A stretch of 64,000 nucleotides of DNA from Bacteroidales bacterium (GTDB lineage Bacteria > Bacteroidota > Bacteroidia > Bacteroidales > VadinHA17): assembly GCA_036261255.1 (NCBI GenBank), contig DATALD010000096.1:1454-65453 (forward strand), read 5' to 3'. Of this stretch, positions 55,975-64,000 are shown piece after piece; the first letter of the stretch is position 1, and every line of letters starts with the position of its first letter. A model generated the notes under the pieces. It was given only the letters and a program-made list of their open reading frames with translations. It made no database searches and was not told the DNA's origin. The position numbers and the translations under genes are program-made.

Positions 55975-56556
55975 TCATTTATGCCTTTTCTTCAACACAT
56001 CTTCGATCTCTTCCATTGTTGTTCCCTTTGCTTTTAGAAGGATTAACAGGTGATATAAAAGATCTGCCGCTTCGTTTTTAAAGAGATCCATGTTATCATC
56101 TTTCGATTCAATGACAAGCTCTACAGCTTCTTCTCCAACCTTTTGTGCAACTTTATTTATCCCTTTTCTGAAGAGTTTGTTGGTATATGAATCACCTGCG
56201 TTGTCTTCAATCCTTTGATTAATAATTTTTTGTAACCTGTATTGAAAACCTTTCGCCGTTTCTTCTTTAAAACATGATGTTGTCCCTTCATGGCATGTTG
56301 GTCCGACAGGGTCGACTTTTATTAAAATTGAATCACTATCGCAATCAGCCATGATTGTTTTAACAAGAAGGAAATTACCAGATGTTTCTCCTTTTGTCCA
56401 CAGCCTGTTCTTGCTGCGACTGAAGAATGTTACTTTGTTTTCCTTTATTGTCTTCTCCAATGCTTCCTCGTTCATATAACCTACCATCAGAACCTGCATT
56501 GTCTCATTGTCCTGGATTACGGCCGGAACAAGTCCTTTACTGAAATCAATTTTCAT
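55975..56556 (-). CDS. hisIE: Bifunctional phosphoribosyl-AMP cyclohydrolase / phosphoribosyl-ATP diphosphatase
   Basis: 193 aa. LVPAVIQD, FFSRSKNRLWTKGETSGN and CHEG (HisI), then a C-terminal EEAVELV...EAADLLYHLLILL (HisE). Confidence 0.9.
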   Translation of the reverse strand: MKIDFSKGLVPAVIQDNETMQVLMVGYMNEEALEKTIKENKVTFFSRSKNRLWTKGETSGNFLLVKTIMADCDSDSILIKVDPVGPTCHEGTTSCFKEETAKGFQYRLQKIINQRIEDNAGDSYTNKLFRKGINKVAQKVGEEAVELVIESKDDNMDLFKNEAADLLYHLLILLKAKGTTMEEIEDVLKKRHK

Positions 56557-56590
56557 TTTTAATATTTTTATTCAGTTAAAATATCTTTAT

Positions 56591-56643
56591 GCGTGCCCTA
56601 CCCTGCACCTAGTACCTAGTACCCAGCACCTAATGCCCACCCA
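56591..56643. repeat. C-rich (mRNA-sense G-rich) word tract inside the his operon between hisF and hisIE
   Basis: GCCC(T)ACCC occurs at both ends. GCACCTA(G/A)T occurs twice and CCTAGTAC twice. The minus-strand sense carries five GGG runs. Confidence 0.7.
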
Positions 56644-57399
56644 TCATATCCTAACCCCGATTTTCTCACCTTCCAGATATCTCTTCAAATCGGGTATCAT
56701 AATCTCTCCAAAATGAAATATGCTGGCAGCCAATGCAGCGCTGCAGCCGGTTTGCACAAAGACATCCCTGAAGTGCTCCATATTACCCGCACCACCTGAG
56801 GCAATAACAGGGATATTCACACTTTCAGTAATCATTTTTGTTATATCAATTGAAAATCCATTTTTCGTTCCGTCAGAATTCATCGAGGTTAGGAGTATCT
56901 CGCCTGCGCCAAGACTCTCAGCTTTTCTTGCCCATTCAACAGCATTGAGCCCCGTCTGCGTTCGACCGCCATCAACAACAACAATCCATTCATTATCAAT
57001 AAATTTTGTGTCAATGGCAGTTACTACACACTGGTTTCCGAACTCTGATGCAATTTCTGAAATCAAAGCAGGTCTTCTCACAGCTGATGAATTGACTGAA
57101 ATTTTATCTGCACCGCCTTTTACCAGGACATTTACATCTTCAACTGTGTTGATCCCTCCACCGACCGTAAAAGGTATATTTATCTCTGCTGCAATTCTTT
57201 TGACAAGCTCTGCAAGAGTTTTCCTGTTCTCGATTGTTGCCGTGATATCAAGAAAAACAAGTTCATCGGCGCCCTGGAGTACATATTCTTTTGCAAGGTC
57301 CACCGGATCACCAGCATCCCTGATATTAACGAAGTTTATTCCTTTCACAGTCCTGCCATTTTTTATGTCGAGACAGGGTAAAATTCTCTTTTTCAACAT
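56644..57399 (-). CDS. hisF: Imidazole glycerol phosphate synthase cyclase subunit
   Basis: 251 aa. [24 protein letters not shown] and ASGGAG motifs. Confidence 0.92.
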   Translation of the reverse strand: MLKKRILPCLDIKNGRTVKGINFVNIRDAGDPVDLAKEYVLQGADELVFLDITATIENRKTLAELVKRIAAEINIPFTVGGGINTVEDVNVLVKGGADKISVNSSAVRRPALISEIASEFGNQCVVTAIDTKFIDNEWIVVVDGGRTQTGLNAVEWARKAESLGAGEILLTSMNSDGTKNGFSIDITKMITESVNIPVIASGGAGNMEHFRDVFVQTGCSAALAASIFHFGEIMIPDLKRYLEGEKIGVRI

Positions 57400-58106
57400 A
57401 ACTCGCCGAGTTCTTTAAGGGTTATTCTACCTTCATATATTGCTTTGCCCACAATTGCTCCTTCGCAACCTGCCTTCTTTAGATCATACAGATCATTAAC
57501 TGAAGTTACCCCGCCACTAGCTACAAGTTTAACAGGTGCAACTGCTAAGATCTCCTTATAAAGCTCAACAGATGGTCCTTCAAGCATGCCATCGCGTGAT
57601 ATGTCAGTACAGATCACATACTTAACTCCAAGTTGCCTGTAATTGTCAATAAATGTGATTATATCTTTATCAGAGGTCTCAGTCCATCCGCATGTTGATA
57701 TTTTCAACCCCATAGAATCGGCTCCAAGGATGATCCTTTCAGTACCAAAATCCCTGAGCCAGGTAAGGAACTGGGGTTTGTCAAACACAGCCACGCTTCC
57801 GCCAGTTACCTGTGAGGCGCCGGCATTAAAAACTGCAGTTAGATCAGCTGTTTTTCGTATCCCGCCGCCAAAATCAATCTTCAGGCTGGTGGCATTTGAA
57901 ATATTCTCGAGTATCTTAATGTTGACAAGCTTCTTTTCTCTTGCACCATCAAGATCGACAAGATGCAGGTATTTTAAACCATTGTTTTCAATTTCTTTTG
58001 CAACTGCAACCGGATCGTCGTTGTATACCTTTTTCGAGCTGAAGTCGCCGCGTGTAAGCCTTACACATTTTCCACCGATGATATCGAGAGCAGGTATGAT
58101 TCTCAT
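57393..58106 (-). CDS. hisA: ProFAR isomerase
   Basis: 237 aa. [23 protein letters not shown] and ASGGV motifs. Overlaps hisF by 7 nt. Confidence 0.9.
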   Translation of the reverse strand: MRIIPALDIIGGKCVRLTRGDFSSKKVYNDDPVAVAKEIENNGLKYLHLVDLDGAREKKLVNIKILENISNATSLKIDFGGGIRKTADLTAVFNAGASQVTGGSVAVFDKPQFLTWLRDFGTERIILGADSMGLKISTCGWTETSDKDIITFIDNYRQLGVKYVICTDISRDGMLEGPSVELYKEILAVAPVKLVASGGVTSVNDLYDLKKAGCEGAIVGKAIYEGRITLKELGELC

Positions 58107-58681
58107 AATTCGACGAAGTTCTTAAGTATTACTTCACCTAACCCGGCAGATTTTTCAGGGTGAAACTGAGTGGCATAAAAATTATCTTTTTGCAGCGCCG
58201 CACTGAATGGCAGAATATATCTACAAGCAGCAATTGTATCATTACATATCTCAGCATAGTAGCTGTGAACATAATAAACATCAGCATTTTTATCAAGGCC
58301 CCTGAACAGGTTTCCACTCAGACTTTCAAAGTTATTCCAACCCATGTGGGGTATTTTATCTTCAGGAGGGAATAGCTTTACATCAGTGTTGAATATTCCA
58401 AGGCAGCTTGTGTTGCCTTCTTCAGAATACCTGCACATTAATTGAAGTCCGAGGCATATCCCCAGAACAGGATTCTTAAGTGATATTATGGTCTTATCGA
58501 GTTTTTTTGCAGTAAGATACCTCATTGCCGAGCTTGCTTCGCCCACGCCGGGGAAAATGACTTTGTCAGCTGCTGCGAGGATACGTGGATCATCTGTGAT
58601 AAGATTTTCATAACCAAGTCTGTTAAGGGCATTCTGTACTGACAGTATATTCCCGGCATTGTATTTTACTATTGCTATCAT
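58103..58681 (-). CDS. hisH: Imidazole glycerol phosphate synthase glutamine amidotransferase subunit
   Basis: 192 aa. [20 protein letters not shown], and HSY/QFHPEKS triad elements. Confidence 0.9.
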   Translation of the reverse strand: MIAIVKYNAGNILSVQNALNRLGYENLITDDPRILAAADKVIFPGVGEASSAMRYLTAKKLDKTIISLKNPVLGICLGLQLMCRYSEEGNTSCLGIFNTDVKLFPPEDKIPHMGWNNFESLSGNLFRGLDKNADVYYVHSYYAEICNDTIAACRYILPFSAALQKDNFYATQFHPEKSAGLGEVILKNFVEL

Positions 58682-59766
58682 AGTTTCCCTTTAGTTGACG
58701 GAAGGTTAGAACTTCCAGTAAGCGATACTGCCTTACCAAGCGACCTTGCAAATCCCTTAAAAATAGCTTCAATCTTGTGGTGCTCATTCTCACCTTCCGA
58801 AGTAATGTTGAGATTACATTTTGCCGAATCGGAAAATGATTTGAAGAAATGAAAGAACATTTCAGCAGGCATCTCACCGATTTTTTCTCTTGTGAATTTA
58901 ACATCCCATACAAGCCATGGTCTTCCACCCAGGTCTAGTGCTACCTGTGCAAGACAGTCGTCCATTGGAAGAACAAAGCTGTATCTTTCAATACCCTTCT
59001 TTCCACCAAGAGCTTTCAGAATTGCCTCCCCGAGAGCAATTCCAATATCTTCAACAGTATGATGTTCATCCACGTTCAGATCACCTGAAGCTTTTATTGA
59101 AAGATCAATATTCCCATGTCTTGCTATCTGATCGAGCATGTGATCAAAGAACCCTATACCTGTGCTTATTGAACTTTTTCCTGAGCCATCGAGATTAACA
59201 TTCACCTGTATTGAAGTCTCGGATGTCTTTCTTTCAACAATGGCAATGCGTGGTTTGACTTTCAGGAACCTGTAAATTTCAATCCAGGATGTTGTTGTTA
59301 ATGCAGCTTCGCCTGATCTCTCAGTGTTGATGTAGATTGCCTTGCACCCTATATTTTTTGCAAGCTCAATATCAGTTTTTCTGTCGCCTATAACATACGA
59401 ATTTCCAAGGTCAATCCCCTTTGCAAGGTATTTTGTAAGCATTGCGGTCCCTGGTTTTCTTGTAGGAGCATTCTGTGAAGGGAAGGTCCGGTCGATGAAG
59501 ATTTCCGAGAAAACAACTCCTTCTCCTTTGAGTATTTCAAGCATCTTGTTCTGTACCGGCCAGAATGTTTCTTCGGGAAATGAATCGGTTCCGAGTCCAT
59601 CCTGATTGCTTACAATTACAAGCTCGTAGTCTGTTTCTGCAGCTATCTTTGAAAGGTTCGTAATAACCCCTGGCAGAAATGTGAATTTGGAAAAGCTGTC
59701 AATTTGCTCATCCTGTGGTTCAATGAGGATCGTTCCGTCCCTGTCGATGAAAAGTACTTTTTTCAC
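58678..59766 (-). CDS. hisB: Bifunctional histidinol-phosphatase / imidazoleglycerol-phosphate dehydratase
   Basis: 362 aa. N-terminal HAD domain (LFIDRDGT...VSNQDG). C-terminal IGPD domain ([21 protein letters not shown]). Confidence 0.9.
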   Translation of the reverse strand: MKKVLFIDRDGTILIEPQDEQIDSFSKFTFLPGVITNLSKIAAETDYELVIVSNQDGLGTDSFPEETFWPVQNKMLEILKGEGVVFSEIFIDRTFPSQNAPTRKPGTAMLTKYLAKGIDLGNSYVIGDRKTDIELAKNIGCKAIYINTERSGEAALTTTSWIEIYRFLKVKPRIAIVERKTSETSIQVNVNLDGSGKSSISTGIGFFDHMLDQIARHGNIDLSIKASGDLNVDEHHTVEDIGIALGEAILKALGGKKGIERYSFVLPMDDCLAQVALDLGGRPWLVWDVKFTREKIGEMPAEMFFHFFKSFSDSAKCNLNITSEGENEHHKIEAIFKGFARSLGKAVSLTGSSNLPSTKGKL

Positions 59767-59787
59767 AATTATTGTTTTTTCAGAGAA

Positions 59788-60840
59788 TTAGTTATTTCCC
59801 TTATGCTGTTCATATTCTTTTATTGCCTTCAGAAGTTCATCATTCTCATTTTTCCTGCCTATAGTTATCCTGACACAATTTCTTATGATGCTGTTCCTGT
59901 TCCTGATTATTATATTCCTTTTTACAAGATAATTATAAAGCTCAGTAGCATCACTAACTTTTGCAAGGAGAAAATTTGAATCGGATGGGTATACTTTTTC
60001 GATAATTCCCAGTTTTGTAATCTGTTCTGCAACTCTTTCACGTTCTTCGATAAGGGCGGCGACAATCTCTTTGCTTTCTTCTTCCTGTCTAATCCTTGCA
60101 AGAGCAGCTTTTTGGTTGATCGTACTAATATTATATGGTGGTTTCACTTTGTTGAAATATTTCACGATCTCCTGATCTGTAAATGCCATTCCAATTCTTG
60201 CAGCGGCAAGACCTCTGGCCTTGCTGAAGGTCTGCATAATTATCAGGTTATTGTACTTCTCAACAAGTTTAATAAAAGATTGTTTTTTGCTAAAATCAAT
60301 ATAGGCTTCATCAATAACAATAATCCCGTTAAAGTTTTCAAGGAGAAATCTTACATCCCGTTCATCTACTGAATTTCCGGTAGGGTTGTTCGGGGAGCAA
60401 ATGAAGATAAGCTTTAGATTTGCATCAGAAAGGTTTTTCTTTATCTGGGGAATGTCAGGCTGGAATTCCTCATTGAGAGGGATCTTAACCAGGGCTATGT
60501 CGTTTATACCTGCTGATACCTCATACATACCATAAGTAGGAGGGAGGATCATAGCTTTATCTTTTCCGGGAACACAAAATGTTCTGAAGCAAAGATCTAT
60601 TATCTCGTCACTTCCGTTACCGATGAATATCCTGTTGGCATCAATATTCTTCTTCTCAGAGATTGCTTTTTTGAGCTCTTTCTGGTATGGATCAGGATAA
60701 CGGTTTAGTGTACCGTATGGATTTTCATTTGCATCAAGAAAAATACCATCACTTCCCTTGAACTCATCGCGTGCGCATGAGTATGGGGTTATCTTCAGGA
60801 TGTTTTCCCTGACAATATTTTTTATTTCAATCATTTGCAA
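59788..60840 (-). CDS. hisC: Histidinol-phosphate aminotransferase
   Basis: 350 aa. LDANENPYG, CSPNNPTG, DEAYIDF and TFSKARGLAAARIG. Confidence 0.9.
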   Translation of the reverse strand: MQMIEIKNIVRENILKITPYSCARDEFKGSDGIFLDANENPYGTLNRYPDPYQKELKKAISEKKNIDANRIFIGNGSDEIIDLCFRTFCVPGKDKAMILPPTYGMYEVSAGINDIALVKIPLNEEFQPDIPQIKKNLSDANLKLIFICSPNNPTGNSVDERDVRFLLENFNGIIVIDEAYIDFSKKQSFIKLVEKYNNLIIMQTFSKARGLAAARIGMAFTDQEIVKYFNKVKPPYNISTINQKAALARIRQEEESKEIVAALIEERERVAEQITKLGIIEKVYPSDSNFLLAKVSDATELYNYLVKRNIIIRNRNSIIRNCVRITIGRKNENDELLKAIKEYEQHKGNN

Positions 60841-62116
60841 TGTCTTTTAATCTTATTGTTACTGCGTTGCCGTGTCCTGCCAGCATTTCAGCTTCAGCCA
60901 TAAGCTCAACAACAGGACCAAGTATCTTTATTCCTTCTTCTGTAACTTCCTGGAATGTAATACGTTTTGAAAAACTTTCAGTAGAGACCCCGCTGTAGTT
61001 TCTTGCGTACGCATTCGTTGGGAGGGTATGGTTAGTACCTGATGCATAATCACCAAGGCTCTCGCAGCTGTATTTCCCAAGGAAAACTGAACCTGCATTG
61101 ATGACCCTTAATGCATTCATTTCAGGTTTAGATGTTGCAATTATAAGGTGTTCAGGAGAATACATGTTGCTGAAATCCATGCAATCATCGATAGACGATA
61201 ATAGGATCAGCTTGCTGTTTTCAAGTGATTTTGATATTATATTAAGTCTTGGAAGTTTCCCAGCCTGCTCTTTAACTTCTTCCTTAGTTTTCTCAAGAAG
61301 CGCTTTATCATCCGTAACAAAAATCACCTGGCTGTCGGGACCATGTTCAGCCTGTGAAAGAAGATCGGCAGCAATGAACCCGGGATTTGCTGATTTGTCT
61401 GCAACTATCAGAACCTCGCTGGGACCTGCTGGCATATCGATAGCAACACCTTCCATCTGAACAAGCTGTTTTGCTTTTGTAACATATTGGTTTCCGGGAC
61501 CAAAGATTTTATAAACCCCCGGGACACTTTCTGTTCCATAAGCCATTGCAGCAATAGCCTGAGCGCCACCGATCTTATAAATATCTTGCAATCCTATCAG
61601 TTTTGCAGTGTAAAGTATGAGGGGATTCACAAGACCATCGCGACCAGCAGGAGTACATACAACAATTGTCTCACACCCGGCCATTTTAGCAGGGATGCCG
61701 AGCATTAGGAGAGTTGAGAATAATGGTGCACTGCCCCCCGGAATATAAAGGCCCACTTTTTCAATTGGCTTGCTTTTTCTCCAGCAACGTACTCCTTTTG
61801 ATGTCTCAACTTTTTGTTCGTCGATTATCTGTGAAGCGTGGAATTTCTCAATGTTCTTTCCTGCGAAAATGATAGCTTTTCTTAAATTTTCAGGAACCAG
61901 CTTTTCCGCATCATTTAGTTCCTTTTCACTTACCTTGAAGGATTCAGGAATATATGAGTCAAACTTGTTGCAATAAAACCTAAGAGCTTCATCTTTTTCT
62001 GTCCTAACGCGATAGAGGATGTCCCTTATGGCATCCTCAAGGTATGATTTGCCTATTCCGGGTCGTTCACAAAGATCAGCCCATTTTCCTTTTTCTGGCA
62101 GGAGTATTGTATTCAT
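60827..62116 (-). CDS. hisD: Histidinol dehydrogenase
   Basis: 429 aa. YIPGG.APL, AGPSEVLI..D, QAEH and SPEHL motifs. Confidence 0.92.
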   Translation of the reverse strand: MNTILLPEKGKWADLCERPGIGKSYLEDAIRDILYRVRTEKDEALRFYCNKFDSYIPESFKVSEKELNDAEKLVPENLRKAIIFAGKNIEKFHASQIIDEQKVETSKGVRCWRKSKPIEKVGLYIPGGSAPLFSTLLMLGIPAKMAGCETIVVCTPAGRDGLVNPLILYTAKLIGLQDIYKIGGAQAIAAMAYGTESVPGVYKIFGPGNQYVTKAKQLVQMEGVAIDMPAGPSEVLIVADKSANPGFIAADLLSQAEHGPDSQVIFVTDDKALLEKTKEEVKEQAGKLPRLNIISKSLENSKLILLSSIDDCMDFSNMYSPEHLIIATSKPEMNALRVINAGSVFLGKYSCESLGDYASGTNHTLPTNAYARNYSGVSTESFSKRITFQEVTEEGIKILGPVVELMAEAEMLAGHGNAVTIRLKDIAND

Positions 62117-62973
62117 TACATTATCATTTTTTCAATTGGTATTACAAGGATACCTTCAGCTCCGGCTTTTCTAAGCTGATCGATCCTTTCCCAGAATTCA
62201 TCTTCTTTCACTACTGAGTGCAGGCTGCACCATCCTTCCTGTGCGAGTGGCAGGACAGTTGGACTCTTCATGCCTGGCAGTATTGAACAGATCTTCTCGA
62301 TTGCTGATGTAGGCGCATTGAGGAGAATGTATTTGTTCTCCTTTGCGTTTTTAACTGACCTTATCCTGAAAAGGAGTCTTTCGAGTATTGCCAGCTTTTC
62401 AGCGTCAAGATTCTTATTCCCGATAATAACAGCCTGGCTTTTAAGTATAGTCTCAACTTCATGAAGACCATTTGTGAGCAATGTGCTTCCAGAGCTTACA
62501 ATATCACAAACTGCATCAGCAAGGCCGATTCCGGGAGCAATCTCTACGCTTCCACTTATCTCTTCAATATCTGCTTTAATACCATTCTTCACCAGAAACG
62601 ATGACAGGATATTGGGGTAGCTTGTTGCAATCCTTTTATTCATAAAATATGCAATCCCCGTATACTTGTCTTCTCTTGGAATGGCAAGACTTAGCCTGCA
62701 ATGTGCAAAGCCAAGCTGTTCTATTACATTGACATCCTTTCCGGCTTCAAGCATCATATTTTCTCCGAGTATCCCAATATCGGCTACCTGTTGTTCGACA
62801 TATTGTGGAATATCATCATCCCTGAGAAACAATAGTTCAACAGGGAAATTCCTAGCTTTTGATTTCAGAACTCCTGCGCCATTTGAGAATTTTATCCCGC
62901 ATTCTTCAAGAAGCAGCTTTGAATTATCACTAAGCCTGCCGCTTTTCTGGATTGCAATTTTAAGTTCGCTCAT
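62116..62973 (-). CDS. hisG: ATP phosphoribosyltransferase (long form)
   Basis: 285 aa. LKIAIQKSGRLS, DIVSSGSTL and a C-terminal regulatory domain. 1-nt overlap with hisD. Confidence 0.9.
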   Translation of the reverse strand: MSELKIAIQKSGRLSDNSKLLLEECGIKFSNGAGVLKSKARNFPVELLFLRDDDIPQYVEQQVADIGILGENMMLEAGKDVNVIEQLGFAHCRLSLAIPREDKYTGIAYFMNKRIATSYPNILSSFLVKNGIKADIEEISGSVEIAPGIGLADAVCDIVSSGSTLLTNGLHEVETILKSQAVIIGNKNLDAEKLAILERLLFRIRSVKNAKENKYILLNAPTSAIEKICSILPGMKSPTVLPLAQEGWCSLHSVVKEDEFWERIDQLRKAGAEGILVIPIEKMIM

Positions 62974-62997
62974 TTAATTAATTTTTCATGATGAATT

Positions 62998-63036
62998 AAA
63001 AACAGAAAACCCGTCTGATCTTCTCCGACGGGTCCC
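62998..63036 (-). terminator. Attenuator terminator upstream of hisG
   Basis: On the minus strand ACCCGTC-GGAGAAGATCA-GACGGGT (63009-63033) is followed by TTTTCTGTTTTT. It ends 24 nt before the hisG ATG. Confidence 0.7.
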
Positions 63037-63067
63037 TGATATTAATTTTAAAACACAAAATACCAAA

Positions 63068-63124
63068 TCACCTCGCCTGGGAAACTGGGAAATGATGATG
63101 ATGATGTGTGTTTTTCCTGATCAT
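63068..63124 (-). CDS. hisL: His-codon leader peptide MIRKNTHHHHHFPVSQAR
   Basis: The minus strand reads ATG ATC AGG AAA AAC ACA CAT CAT CAT CAT CAT TTC CCA GTT TCC CAG GCG AGG TGA. Five consecutive His codons. The stop is 31 nt upstream of the terminator. Confidence 0.7.
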   Translation of the reverse strand: MIRKNTHHHHHFPVSQAR

Positions 63125-63225
63125 ACTTTAATATTTAAATGCAAAGAAAACAAAAAAATGTAAAATGAAACAAAAATCAGTAAAAAGATTTAAAATTTTG
63201 TTTAAGAACTTGTTAGTAAAAGCAG

Positions 63226-63340
63226 AATTTCCTTAGGAATTATCCGTGGTTTTATCCATGTAACCCGTGAAAACCGTGGTAAGTAAGAAATGTTTAATTT
63301 CACCACGGACTCCACGGAGTAGACGGTTTTTTCACGGAAA
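63226..63340. repeat. CCGTGG / CCACGG / CACGGA word tract forming a long imperfect inverted repeat downstream of the leuB-like gene
   Basis: The left arm holds CCGTGG (63244), CCCGTGAAAACCGTGGTAA (63264-63282). The right arm holds TCACCACGG (63300), CCACGG (63312) and GACGGTTTTTTCACGG (63322-63337). CCGTGAAAA..CCGT and ACGGTTTT..CACGG are reverse complements. Confidence 0.75.
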
Positions 63341-63361
63341 CATCAAATAATTTATCTGTGA

Positions 63362-64000
63362 TTACAGGTTTTCAGCTACAAGGTCACCAACTTCTGTTGT
63401 TGAGTAACCCATCTTGCCAGCGCCCATGTCTTTCAGCTTTTTGCCTGTAACAAACATCACTGATGCTTCAATAGCTTTTGCAGCTTTCTCCTCACCAAGA
63501 TGTTCAAGCATCATCCCTGCACAGCTAATTGCTGCAAGAGGGTTGATAACATTCTTGCCTGTATACTTCGGAGCAGAACCACCAATAGGTTCGAACATCG
63601 AAACTCCTTTTGGGTTGATGTTTCCGCCTGCTGCAATACCCATCCCGCCCTGAGTCATTGCTCCAAGGTCAGTGATTATGTCACCGAAGAGGTTTGTTGT
63701 TACGATAACATCAAACCATTCCGGGTTTTTGACCATCCACATGCATGTTGCATCAACATGATAATATTCACGCTTGATATCAGGATATTCGGCCTGGCCT
63801 ATTTCATGGAAAGCTCTTTCCCAGAGATCGAAAACGAATGTGAGAACATTTGTTTTACCACAGAGAGCGAGAGTTTTCTTCTTATTTCTTTTTCTTGTAT
63901 AGTCAAAGGCATATCTAAGGCATCTTTCAACCTGCATCCTTGAATATATCATATTCTGGATAGCAACTTCGTCAGGAGTTCCTTTCATCATTATACCACC
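63362..64000 (-). CDS. leuB: Isopropylmalate/tartrate dehydrogenase family protein, probably 3-isopropylmalate dehydrogenase (N-terminus outside the window)
   Basis: The frame is open to the window end. [12 protein letters not shown]...GG.G.A...NINP and [22 protein letters not shown] motifs of the beta-decarboxylating dehydrogenase family. Confidence 0.6.
   Translation of the reverse strand, partial: GGIMMKGTPDEVAIQNMIYSRMQVERCLRYAFDYTRKRNKKKTLALCGKTNVLTFVFDLWERAFHEIGQAEYPDIKREYYHVDATCMWMVKNPEWFDVIVTTNLFGDIITDLGAMTQGGMGIAAGGNINPKGVSMFEPIGGSAPKYTGKNVINPLAAISCAGMMLEHLGEEKAAKAIEASVMFVTGKKLKDMGAGKMGYSTTEVGDLVAENL

Noticed and set aside
56720-58125. Long plus-strand ORFs (56720..57418, 232 aa; 57643..58125, 160 aa)
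   Set aside because: They lie entirely antisense to hisF and hisA, whose products carry unambiguous motifs. Their translations are low-complexity (S/T/P/F-rich) with no recognisable domain. These are typical shadow ORFs.
1-64000. Mobile elements, prophage, defence islands, tRNA/rRNA genes
   Set aside because: No transposase, integrase, recombinase, phage structural, restriction-modification, toxin-antitoxin or cas-like ORF was recognised. No cloverleaf-like or rRNA-like sequence was noticed in the intergenic regions by eye. A tRNAscan/Infernal run would be needed to be certain.

Overview
This is a chromosomal, mostly housekeeping segment of an AT-rich Bacteroidota-type genome. The assignment rests on T9SS PorP/SprF and a type-B sorting domain, Na+-NQR, TAnnTTTG-like promoter boxes and tightly packed operons. 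I saw no rRNA, tRNA, CRISPR array, transposase or integrase. Left to right the window holds: korAB; two very large tandem paralogs joining receiver-like domains to a PEP/pyruvate-binding (PPDK_N ATP-grasp) domain; fabD; queD-folE; futalosine genes mqnB-mqnD; sodB; a nitroreductase; proline dehydrogenase; an ECF sigma / transmembrane PKD protein with T9SS type-B CTD / PorP-SprF cluster; OmpH, a GT2, an FtsB-like protein and a DUF5103-like protein; nqrABCDEF-apbE plus a convergent small four-Cys membrane ORF; a fused E1 alpha/beta dehydrogenase; a 587-aa protein with an HPr-kinase-like P-loop; algH, holA and amn; an HsdR_N-like protein with a MutT-HEAT fusion; a four-gene minus-strand block (GH13 alpha-glucosidase, TreZ-like, nucleotidyltransferase-fold protein, metallophosphoesterase); an alpha/beta hydrolase; yedF-selD; a Nudix protein; a FadL-like OMP; an SDR. 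The last 15 kb is a co-directional amino-acid biosynthesis super-cluster on the minus strand: leuB fragment, hisGDCBHAF-IE, pheA-aminotransferase-tyrA-DAHPS/CM-aroA, trpB2. The clearest signals not in the ORF track are three leader-peptide attenuator candidates, each with a terminator hairpin just before the first gene: MIRKNTHHHHHFPVSQAR before hisG, MKISQNIFATFFYFYFYFKNR before pheA, and MMNKMLHTWSWRSRTNKL before trpB2. A second recurring oddity is at least six intergenic tracts built from short tandem words, each tract using a different word and some with inverted counterparts. I found no obvious defence or mobile system. The best candidates for undescribed biology are the REC-PPDK_N pair, the NqrM-like Cys-rich ORF, the HPrK-like P-loop protein and the sigma/T9SS cargo arrangement. 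All functional calls come from motif recognition by eye, not from database searches.
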